From contig NMRA01000336.1 of assembly GCA_002633005.1 (NCBI GenBank), positions 397,312 to 461,311 of the forward strand: a stretch of 64,000 nt of DNA, written 5' to 3'. Of this stretch, positions 24,848 through 36,786 are shown piece by piece. The position numbers and the translations under genes are program-made. Position 1 is the stretch's first letter; the number at the start of each line of letters is the position of its first letter. Under the pieces are notes generated by a model that ran no database searches, had not been told where the DNA came from, and saw nothing but the letters and a program-made list of their open reading frames with translations. The stretch comes from Phoronis australis (Eukaryota; Animalia; Phoronida).

Positions 24848-27800
24848 CAGGGCCGTAGGAAGCGGGGGCCCGGCAGGGGCGGGGGGAGGGCCCCCAAAAA
24901 TTTTTCAGGCGTCAGGGTTAAACCGTGGCAACCGACATACGCGTGGGACGGGGACAGTCGAGAAAAGAAAGACAGCTAAATGCAGATAGGAGACAAAATT
25001 CAAGAGAACATTTAACAACTCTGTCTCAGTGCATGGTTTACCTTTGTTCGACGGAGGAACCGGGCCAGGAAAAACATGCACGTAATGATCCATGCATATA
25101 TTTCGAAAAATAGAAAAAAAAATTGTAAAACGAAGTTTTTGCGAAACGTGTTAATCTACTGGATTTTTTAATTCAATAAGTCAATGTTGCGACTGCAAAA
25201 CCACATTTTTCCAGACGCCCTCTCTGGCAAGGGAGTACCGGAGACCACTGTTGCTTTTTTCTCGAATGTATATCACATGAGAAAATTGATTATCTGACAG
25301 ATATCATCAATTGCTGCACATTTCTTGATTTTTCAAAATTTAGATATTTTCATATTGAGGGGTCCCACCTTTGAAGAAGGCCATTGATGACATTCAAGTG
25401 GCCATCTTTTCATGCCTTTGTTGACAAATTTTTAAGAGTCGACTCACGCAGAGAGGGCCCAAAGTTGAACTGTTTTATTGTGAAATCGTGCAACCGACTT
25501 TCATGTTAGCCTTTGATAATTAAGGTGTCCTATTTCAGACGGGACCCTCTCATGGTGGAGCAGTTCGGAAAAATGTCTCTTTGTCCTTGTATACATGTAG
25601 ATACGACACTGCCTAGTTTTCACGAGGGAACTTGAGATTCCATATTCATCAAAAAAAAACAAAATATTCGTGCACAGCACTGAAGTATCAAAACATTCGA
25701 CCCAAACAACCAAAAAATGTGAAAAAACAAGAGAGTTGACCAAAATCGAAAGGGTGGAATTTTGAAGAACTTGAAGACCGCTATTTGTTAATTACATAAA
25801 GGGACCATTTTCGATGGTTAGTTATAGAACAATGTCACTGTTTCCCATAGTATCACAAGAATAGTATCCCTTTTGAAAATGGTCACTATGAGTTGTTGGT
25901 AAAGAATTCCAACATGTGGAAAACATTGTTGTCGAGGCTACCATTGGGGTGACCGTGTACATGTCGAACGAGTGTAATCAAATACTCGCAATGATGAACA
26001 AATATTTCAGCTTTTTCTGAGGTCAAGTTCTACTAGTGAACCGTTATAGGTACCTTGGAAATGAGCCAAAAATGCCCAATATCCCATTTTCCCCCGGTTA
26101 TCCGTAAAAAATCTGCGATGTTTATAACTTTCCGTTTTGATCAACAAATTCGTTGGCTTCTGATTTACATGTTTATGTATCTACGAAAACTGACAGATTA
26201 ATACATGATTTTTTGGCTATCACAAGGTAGTCTTTTAAGAAATGATTACAAGTAATTAAGTTGAATCCTGAATATGGAAAAATTCTAGTATAATCCGATC
26301 CCCAAATAGTAAACTGCACTTGGACACTTCTTGCCTATCTAAAACAATTCTCAAAGACACTGATGAAATTTGGACACTTCCCAAAAATGTACTCACAATT
26401 CAAATGACAATAAATACATTGCTTTTTCGAATTCGGTACAAGACTTGTTTTTTAAACTCACCAACAGGGGATCAAAAAATAATTAAGTCCTTTAATCAAG
26501 GTAAACGCATTGTTCCTGGATTTGATTGTCGGTTTCTGATTTACATGCCTGTGTATCTATGAAAATGGACTGATTAAGAGCTGATTTTTTACAATTAGTA
26601 GGTAATCTTCTAAGAAATGACAATGCTTCAATGAACTTACCGGTAGTTGCAGGCCGACATTCGGAAATTTCGATCAATCATCAGATCCCCAAATATATAA
26701 GTACATTACATGATTTTTGTCAATCTGAAATAAATCTCAAGAAAACTGATGAATTTCGGACAGCTCTACAAAGTGTCTCAAAATGTTTTCACACTTCGAA
26801 TGACAGTAAATTGTTTCTTGGCTTAGGAACTACGTTACTGGGTTCAAGTTTACAAACCGCAGATCGCAAATGAAGTTTGAGTACTTAAACAAATAAAGTC
26901 TAAGTCATTGGTCATCAAATTGGAAAGGTTCTCTCTGCACTTCCTTGATGTTTTGTTTCTAGTAGTATTGCGCAATGAATTTTTGAATCGTTTGTTGCAA
27001 TTCCCGTGCATACTACACACACAGCACGCGCGCACCCAGCCTAAAACATAGGTAAGCTCGAATTTTTGAGGTTGTAGACCTTTTAGTAAAAAAACGAAAT
27101 ACGGGACTTGTTCAGGGCTATGAATTGTGCATATGCCGAATTCCTGCCTTAGTGGATTTCCGTCTCTTTTTTTTTCTCGGACTTTTTGTTTCTTTGAGGC
27201 GGTCCTTTTTGCCCATTTTACGAAATGGGAGGGAAGGCTCGTTCGGGTCCCCCGAGCCCCCCTTCTGGCGCATGCCCGAATCACGTCATGATTGGCACAT
27301 CTACGTTAAAAGTAAGATGTATCTTGCAGTAGGCCTGCGCAGAATCTCAGATACCCACGGAAACTGAATTTGAACTCCAGACCTTGAAGCGTGTACATTT
27401 TTGAGACACACTGTATCATTTCCCTAGCAACCAGAAATTGGACTACCGCCAATATTTCATCTAGGGATTCTTATCGGCTACAAAGGCACTCATACCAGGC
27501 ACCTCGGGACATTACTTCAAAGAATGGCCATGATAAATTGAAGATTTCCCCGAAACTGTATCATAATAAAACAAATCTTGACCTTTAACCCAGAGCAGAG
27601 ACATAGGTTCGAATCCACTGTTGGAACCCAGCTATATGTACTTCAGGCAACTCCCACTGAGCTACCCGTCAGTGCGCTGGCCCTAGATCTATTCTTACTC
27701 TCCGTGAAACTTTGTTGGTTCACGGTTACTCAAATCCTGATGGCTGCATCCCCGGTATTACCCCCACCTACGACGCCCGTTGTGGGGTCGGTACAAACAT

Positions 27801-27913
27801 GGTGATATCAAGAGAACGGGGGGAGGGGGTGGCGATAGCAAGGGAGTAGGTTGGCGAAGTAAAATTGGTTTGTGCCCCCCCCCCCCAATAAATTTTTCCT
27901 TCTTACGGGCCTG
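24848..27913. mobile_element. Non-autonomous hAT-like DNA transposon (~3.07 kb) with a 5-bp TSD, CTTAT
   Basis: TIRs CAGGGCCGTAGGAAG / CAGGCCCGTAAGAAG. CTTAT at 24843-24847 and 27914-27918. G/C-run subtermini. A second, inverted copy lies at 46586-51335. Confidence 0.8.
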
Positions 27914-30308
27914 CTTATTGTGGCAAAAGATTGTTAGGATAATTTTAGTTTACATATTAATTTGTACTGAGATCGCTTTGCTAGATGTAAGCCTTAAGTT
28001 AGCTTCAATTACGGTTTGAAACTCCTGCATCCAATGTTTTGAAGAGATTTCAGTTTTATCTGTTATGGCAGTTAGACAACAGGTGACAATTTCAGTTTTG
28101 GTTGGAATCAAACAATACAATTAGCATCCAGTAAAAAAGACAAAACTCCAAAACTCAGATTACGGTACAGCATCAGTTAGCAGCTGAAGGGGGCGGGGGT
28201 TAGGGGCACAATGCAGGCCGGGTTAGACATATGAGCGGTTTCCAAAATGCTAGACTGTCACTGGTGAGGAAGCACAGGTTATTACAATCATTCAAAAACA
28301 TGCAAGTAAATTTCATCAGATTTTGACCATATTAGAAATATGAAGTGTTAGACAAAAACGGCTCCAGAGTGCAGCATGTAAACGACGTTTCCATATTAAT
28401 CAAAAGCCATCCTCAGTTACTATAGTAGACAGAAAAGAATCGGAACAGATTGCTAGATCAATACTGAAACGAAGTTTTCAAACATGCATCTGCTATCTAG
28501 TTATAGAAACTGCCACTAGGGGACCAGCAGTAGTAGAACTGTCTAAAAACGTCGACTGATTTGATCACCCTAGAAACATATTTGCAAAAAATGAAGCCCC
28601 TTTATAAGGTTAACGAGATACAACTGCATACTGCTCGTAGCTAGACTTTGTAAAATACACGACGGTCTATCATTTCTATGGACTCCTGCTTGAAAACACA
28701 AAAAGACCATTTATTTTTTTTATTTGTCTTAGTCAGACAGCAAACTGATATAAATTATTATTGGAAATCACCACACATTGCAAACTGGCCCCCAGAGCAC
28801 CTCAAAAATGGATGAAACCTTCTAAGACATAAAATCCAGCAAAATTTACCGAATTTTGGAACTCCAGTAAAGGTTAATGGAAACTCCTTTAAAATGATAA
28901 GATTGTCTTCTGGTAGAAAGGTTCAATATCTACATTAATAACATATTTTTTTCTTTGCCGTTATTTTAAGCCGCTTTAAAACAACTTCACAAACTGAATC
29001 TTTTTGAACCAAAATGGGATATTTTGTGTTAAAGTATCCATGGTGATCTAACTCAAAAAATAATGGCCCAAGAAATTCTACAGTTTGAACATATCTCACT
29101 AGAATGTATGAACACGCAATTTTTTAAGATCCGAGTCGGTGACTCTAAAGTTGACCTTTTGGTGCACTCGTGAAAATTACAGTTAATTATCTGTGCATAT
29201 TCCGTTACTCACAAAATTTATTATTTTTTATTTTAATAGATTTGTGATTTCATCGAAAATGCATGTGTAGCGTGAAGAAAAGAGGAATAAAAATAAAATT
29301 CCAAAGATGATCCGCAGCCTCGGCTCTATTGGAAATACATTGATCAGGATTGACGAAATACGAATGGTAGAAAGTTTTTGTTGCTTGTGTCACATAACCT
29401 TCTTTCCAAATCGTAAAGTGATTTTTCTACGGTCGCCACCAACTCAGTGGCATACAATAAGGTTTGTCTAAGCGTCGGCTTGCGATGTACCGCACTGAAT
29501 CTCTGGCTCCCAGTCGTTATAAAGCTCGCAACTAATCCATCAAGTCAGGATGGCCGTGAAATTCGAAATACAAGTCGAGAAAATTTGTTGTTTTTCCTCC
29601 GTAAAATCCGTAGTAGAGGGCGGCAGATCGATGATCCAGCAAGATAAATAAAAGTAGCCTAATAATTAGTGACAAGTTGCGTTACTTCATTTTTGTTGAG
29701 AATCCAAAATAGAAAGACTATGGCTTTTTCCAATGTTTCCGCTGCATACGATTAACAAAATAGCACATGGATGTAACGTTTCTGAACAAAGTTTCCTCAT
29801 TTCACAGTGTGTCAATTAAAAAGTCATATTCTCAGTCGTGTCCGGCCACGAAAAGACAGATTCACAAATCAGCTAGCAAGGCCCAGAGGATAGAAAAATG
29901 CTTTTATTTAATTATTATTTTTTGGTGCCTCTAATATAAACCCGTGGGATGTGAACATTCCGAAACCTATAAAGGGAAATGTGACACGGACATTGATGTA
30001 GAATGTGCAATACGTAATGTTTAGGAGGTTATTGCAAAGCTGATATATATATTATCGCTTGTTTAAACCAGAAAAGCGATGAAATAAACTACTGTAAAGT
30101 TTTGTTTCTGCCCTACACTTGCTGATACCGCTTGACATATTTCAAGAAAGCCCGTATTGTAAGATCCGTAGAATTTTCCCGACATTGTGGTTCAATGTTG
30201 TGAAGATCAAGCCGAGTGAGGGCATATCTAAAATAGTCTGTCGGGATTTCGTCTAGCCTGGCTTGATATTGCCTCGAGGCTTACCACTCGGAGCACAGGA
30301 GTCTGGGG

Positions 30309-30447
30309 CAGTGGCGAATTTAGAAGGTTGCCAAGGGAGTAAGATTCCATTTGGCAGTAGGGGAGTGCGAATATCTCATTGACGGGCTAAATCCTGTCTA
30401 ATACTCTGCCTTGGTCCCCCTAACTCAAAATCCTGGATCCGCCTCTG
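30309..30447. mobile_element. Short hAT/Tip100-like MITE remnant
   Basis: Imperfect TIRs CAGTGGCGAATTTAG / CAGAGGCGGATCCAG; TSD not clear. Confidence 0.4.
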
Positions 30448-32467
30448 TGTGGGCTATACTGAGTCCCTCACTTATTTCAATGCTGCTGCGCCGTCCATGA
30501 CAATAGGGGAATTGTTTTTAATCTCGCGCATGAAGGCACGTGAATAGTTTTCCAATGAACTGTGTAACAGGACGAAGTAGTTTCCATGATAGATTGAGTC
30601 CGAATATTTGGTGTCATGTTTTGTATGTTGCACTATTTCTCTGTCATGTAGGCTATTCATTCGATGTCATCGAGTAATTCACCAACGAGTTTGTTTTTGG
30701 TAAAAATACTAATGAAACGCTCTTCCTGCTACAGATAGTCTTGTAGTCGTTTTTAAAAATTGCGAATCTGAATAGAAGTCGTGTCAACAGACGAACTATA
30801 AGCGTGACCCGTTCTCTTAGTTGCAATCTATTTTTGCTTCTCTGCGGGATGTGCTGTTTCGCGTCAACGTGAGTCACTATTTGTATTCTAATCCCTTGAG
30901 ACGTATACTTTTTTAAGAGCTTAACTGAAAGCTCTTTGTTGACTAGTCATTGATATGCAAATACATATGCGGGTGGCACTAGTCGCCATGGACCCTAATT
31001 TAGAGAACCAGGCAATCACTGAAAAACGGCGGGGGTGGTCCTGTGACAAGCACGCGCTCGCTTAGCTACCGTCTCACAAGGCGCAGACGACATTCAAAAC
31101 AACCGTAACGTCCAGTCGACAACATGTCCAGATTTTTTTCTCGTGTTACCGTGTAGGGCTACGATAATAGACGGCACGATCTAGCACAGATTTGGACTTA
31201 ACCTGCCGTTAATCCAGACTCCACAAGAACTTAAAAATCTTATAGACGGCGCTATCTGGAAAACTTAAGGAGGATTTCAGGTAATTTGCTTGAGTTGAAA
31301 CTGTATTTTTATTCAAGCATTCGAGTTGCCATGTCGACGATTGCGAGGCAGTCAGTCAGGTCGGCGAGTTTTCGCCCTGGGATTTACGCATAATTTTCTG
31401 TAAAATTTGATAGGCGGATTTAGAGAGGGGGGGACCCTTGGCTGCCGCAAAAAAATATAACAGCAAGATCTTAGGGAAACGTTGAGTTTATTAATTAACC
31501 CCGGTAATTAAAATTATACGGATGAAACAAGATTTAAATGTATGCACTGAGTTTTAGCGTTTGAGGGGGCGCTCAGATCCAATTTCAAGTGTCAAATTCG
31601 GAACGCGGCGCAATCGTAACAGAACTATGGCTACATTTACTACGTAAGCTAACACTGTGTGTATTATCTTTCTTACAAGACTAGTCGCCAACCGCTAGAG
31701 CGATGTCTTTCGTGAAAATGCTATGGCTAAGTGTAGGCTCTCCCGCGATATCCCAGGCGACCGGCAGTGCCGCTGCGCACTACTACTCCGTTTCCGTCGT
31801 CTGCTCCACTGTGCAATGAAGAAAATCACTTCATTTAAAAAAAATGGAATCTGAGTGGCGATGAAAAAACAGAAGCTGCTGGTAAGATGTGAATTTTAAT
31901 CGAAGCCTTAGTAAATCACTCAGAAACTCATAATTCTCTCTTTGTCAAACCTTAACTTAAGACGATTTCCAAAGCAATCGCGTCATTATTGCCAACTTAC
32001 TAAATTAGATGAAAAACTGTCTAAATATACAAAGCTTAACATTCAATATGAAAATTCAAGAATGAAATGTTTTCTGTTGATGGCTAAACAAGCATATTGG
32101 TGTCAGTCTTATTGACATCACCAGACACATTACATTTGATTTAAAAGCACAATTTGAAGTAACAGATTTAAACATGTTTGCAAATTTATTAATTAAAATA
32201 AACTCTGGCAACATTCAGGTGTTCGGTGTAAACTCAGAATAAACACAGGGTGATCATTTTTAAAAACAAACAGTTCTATTATTACATCAGTATTCTTGTG
32301 TGTTTAAATCATGAAAACAATTTCCTTGCAAATTCTTTTGCAAAATTGTCCATGTTTCCTGTAAAACTTCAGATGCTTGGATCCTAGTGGACGAGTTTTA
32401 CAGTATATACACCAGAGAAGGCATGTCGTATTATTGTGGCATCTTTAAAACTACACAACTTTTGCAT

Positions 32468-33290
32468 ACACATAGGGTACCTAATTATCGGACGGAACCT
32501 AAATATCGGATATTTCATAGAATCTTACTTGAAGCATAATCTGAGAATTAAATGACACCAATTTTTGTTCCGTTGTAATGCATTCAATGTCCGGCACCGT
32601 CTCGTTTTTTACAGCGTTGCCTCGTTTTGATTTCACCGAGAGAGGGTGCAATTTAGACCCCCAAGTCGGCCTAAAATGGACGATCGCATAAATCGGTTAT
32701 AACAGTTGAAAATAAAATCTTTTTCCACAATGAAACCATCTCATTGAACAGACAATATGTCACTGTTCCATTTTTTCGTTTGTTTTTAAACTTAAGTCAA
32801 ACCCCGACCGCGCACTGTGCAGGTGTCATATCAAGAAGCCTAAGTGATACTAAAAACTGCAGTGAGTTTGCACGTGCTTTATTCGTCTGCACTAATTCAT
32901 TGAAACGACTTGGCGCCGTCATCAGATTTCATTTCATGGATAATTTTGTTGCGAATGGACCTGGGTTCTAGCAGCATATATGTCAAAACACTCGAGCTGA
33001 AATTTGGCGACAAGGTGCCCGCGGCCATTACGTGGTTAGTCAGTTTTCCGCGGTGTGGCGTATGGAGCAACATGGTGTCCGATATTTAGGTTCTTCGAAG
33101 ATTTGGTTGTTGTGTTTTTTGAAGATCAGTCGGAACATAAATGTGGCTTTCAGTGACAAGATATAGTAACAGAACAATTCCGTGAAGGTAAATCTTTATT
33201 TCAGCAAAGAATTTACAACAACCCGTAGTATTTTCATTTAAATATAATGCAAAATGTGCCAAAACGTCCGATAATTAGGTCACTTGACTG
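32468..33290. mobile_element. Tc1/pogo-type MITE
   Basis: Inverted ACCTAATTATCGGACG at ~32479 and ~33265, an inner inverted GAACCTAAATATCGGA pair, and a right end ...GACTG followed by TA. Confidence 0.6.
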
Positions 33291-35019
33291 TAGATAAAGG
33301 TCGATCCAATACCAGACATAGATGGATTTAATAAAATTACCGATGAATTACGGATGGTCGGCGTTATCGACATCGTGACTTTACACAACAAACCGGTAAT
33401 TTCCCTACGGTCCTTGACCTTGAACTGACAAAATGCAAAGTGTGTTTGGGCTTTTTGGGAACATTTTTGTGCTTTGACACCAAATTTCTTGCGAACTCGC
33501 TGGAGCAGGACACCGTAAATGGTATTATAAGAAAGAACAATTTCTTATGGTTTGTTAAACCCCTGTTTTGTGTTATTGAGTTATGTGTTTGATATGGACG
33601 GCTCACTCAAAGAACCCGTGGAGTTTCTAGTCCCGAGTGTCATACCTTGTAGTATTATATGTAGTGTATTGGGGACGACCAGCTGAGAGGACGCCTGTGG
33701 TTGTAGCTGGGTGATTTTGGTGATTCAAAAACTAACATGATTTAGCATTTGACAAGGATTTCAGAAATGCTATTGGTTTATGTTCAAATATGTTATAACT
33801 TAACTTTTTTTAGCAGCACAGCCCAGTGACAGGCTAGATACGATCTGATCGGAGATTAGAGCAATTATCGAACAAACGAGAGCCGGGGAGGGGGCCCTCC
33901 AACCATAAATGCCAGAATGGAGTCAATCAGGCAATTGTAAGATATTGGCTACAGGGGTGATCTTCCCAACTTGTTGGGCTATAGAATCGAAGAAGTTGGG
34001 AGCAGCAGGAGAACGCCGTAATGACGGCCTTGGGTTACTGTATGTGGCGTGACGGTGGTAGTAGAGAGTAAAGAGCAGCGTTGTGTTGACTTCTTTATTC
34101 ACACACTCACACTCGGTGGGCCTGGTGGATGAGTCGAGCCTGACAAGCTTGGCTAGCGAGTTCGGCAGTTGGTAGTGAACTGAACTTCGTCGACAAGGCC
34201 CGAGTTTAAATATACATCTGAATTCGGATCCATCTGTTCTAGTCTCAGAATTATCACTACTCTATCAGATACAGTGAATTCGAAATATTTCAGATTGATA
34301 AACTTACATAAAATGTATGTCATGACAAATAGAACTTGCATAACTTCGCTGGCCCAGTCCCGACTTTCTCATGGTGCCTGGGGAAAGTCCCTGGCTTGGC
34401 ACCCCCTGTGCATTCCACACAGATGTAGTGTGCTGATGCAAACATTTTGGCCGCTGGAACACTGTACTTGACGAGGAGATAACACTCCCTGATGTCGAGC
34501 CTGGTCCAGCAAATGTATTAATTTGTAAACATTTAATTAAAGTTATCATGACGTAATTGTGTCATGGTGTCATTATGCCACATGTATGCACCCCCTGAAA
34601 TGAATTTTTCTAAGCACCCTCAGGGCGGTTAAGGCGAATATGTTAAGTAAAACATTTTTCAGTCATTTTCGGCACGCAAAAATCAGTGTCTGCAGTTTCC
34701 AAGATATTAAATTTCTTATGTATAATGATTATATTACCAAAAAAATGTTGTTTTATTTCACTGTTACAGATTTATAGTTGTTGAACGTAGTCTACAGAGT
34801 TCGGTAGGTCAATTTACCATGGTCGATAGCGGGAGTTCGGGTATGTTTGGTGATAAATTTGAATCAGTCTTCCATGAAATACAGATTTGGGAACATAGCT
34901 GACTGTGTTGTACTTTTAGACTTACGCGATTTTTTCAGCTCTAAACACGCAAAATGCTTGTCACTCCACGCTTTTGGCTCAGAACCTGATCAGGCCCATT
35001 GCGAACATAAACACAATGA

Positions 35020-35359
35020 ACAGTGACTTAAAAAAGAAATCCCTTTATACATTTGCTTAAGTATGGATTCCCATGGTGCATGCTGAGCTGCTATAAACAA
35101 GATCATTATGGCTTGTCCACGACCTCGGGCTAAATGTGGGGTAGCTACCATGGCAACGACACAGATTACACGCTAAACGTATCAAACGTGGAGTATTTGA
35201 ACAAAAATTACACGTTTTGCCACGTTTTCATCATGTTTACACGCTACATTTTACATGCTTGACACGCTACATTTTACACGTTTGCACATTTGACAGTACG
35301 CTGTTCCAATACTCCAGTCGTTTTCAGAGCATATCAAATGTGCAAAATTCTCACCCGGG
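35020..35359 (-). mobile_element. Partial inverted copy of the EnSpm-like element at 57492-59279
   Basis: Ends in AAATTCTCACCCGGG. 35020-35359 matches the reverse complement of 57492-58135 but has fewer subterminal repeats. Confidence 0.75.
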
Positions 35360-35621
35360 ATATGTCATTGAAGTTGTAATGATATTCAGGCTCAAGTTAT
35401 TGATTTTATTCCAATGACTTTGTCAATTTAATGGTAATTCAAACTTTATTTTGACATAGACAGTTTTTAAGTGCAGAATCACAATGACATGTTTGTACTT
35501 AAAGTGATGTTGTCTGCCTCAATTCACTGTTGTCAGGATTCTACATAATGCAGTCTGACGTCTTGTCTCCCCTTCTTCATAACAGTTGAACCAGGATCCC
35601 CTTTAACCCGTCGTACACTAA

Positions 35622-35965
35622 CTAGTTGAAGACGTAGCATCCAGCTTCCTTGACTCGTTTCGACCCTAAACCATAACGGTCTCTACTGGTGGGTCCACAG
35701 TGGTGGTCAACACAATGTGCATCACTGAGGCCTGACCAACTCCCTTCATTCCGACCGTACCACAGCCAAGAAGATGTCCTCTCAGCTTTCTCACCCAGTC
35801 TTCTCACCACAGCTTTCTTCCTTCCCCATCGGACACCGAGGTTCTCCATCAACCACCATACAGATCTTGCAGGAAATCCTCTACATCCCACCTCTACTGC
35901 AAACAACCAAGACTGCCAGCATCTATAGCTCTGCATGTCTCCACCATCTCGCTGTACTTCATTAC
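35622..35965 (-). mobile_element. 3' fragment of an RLE-type non-LTR retrotransposon (Hero/R2-group-like)
   Basis: WQSWLFAVEVGCRGFPARSVWWLMENLGV...AERTSSWLW..R is typical of the Hero-clade C-terminus after the restriction-like endonuclease; a short 3' UTR follows. Confidence 0.75.
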
Positions 35966-36786
35966 GACATTTTTCTGATTCTGTAGCCCAACAACAAGTT
36001 GCGAAGTTTACCCCTGTAGCCAATATCTTACACAATTGATTAACTCCAATCCTATCTTTTATGGTTGGAGGGCCAGCTCTCTTTTTTGATATAATTGCCC
36101 CAATCTTCAAGAAGATTGTATCTAAGCCTGATTGGGCTGTGCTGTTAAAAACAAAAGTTAAGTTTAAGTCTAGCTTCGTTTTCAGTGGGAATGAAATGGT
36201 CAAAAATACAAGAGAGAATAAAGTTTCTGTGCTCATCTGCAGGGCTTTTTATTTGAAATAATTGAAAACATGTCATTCTTTGCATCCTGTTTTTGACAGT
36301 GTGAAGAAAAGGTGACAAATCAAGTGATGTGTGTTTAGCCGGGCAAAACCCAGTGAGAACTGTTCTGTGCCTCCTTTTAAGTGAAATTTCAAGTTTGAAA
36401 TACTTCGAAGTTTTGGCACTAATTCTTCTCTCTGTCACAAATCAAAGTGAAAACAATTATTTTTGTTGAATATTTTTTCATTTTTTTGTTATAATTGAAG
36501 AAAGAATTGTGTGTGACTGTGTACTTTGACCAGGTAGTGGCACAGGAGCCTGGCAGCTATGTGTAGATGTGTTGCTTACGATTAACTTTAGGCACTCATT
36601 AATGCATTTCAAATGACAATTTAATGTTCATCAGCAACAATGTGCTACAGTGCAATTAAAAGCAACTGCAAAATATGCTTTTACAGGTACAACAACCCTC
36701 TCTCTTCCATGGCCAGTGCATTCTTCCAAGCTTTTAAGTTCCGTTTTTCCAGTTTTCATTTGGTTTTTGCTTTGACTAAAATACAG

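Noticed and set aside
35622-36236. Single 204-aa minus-strand gene
   Set aside because: It is chimeric: only the C-terminal part matches a Hero-like retroelement, and the N-terminal part reads through an unrelated adjacent element.
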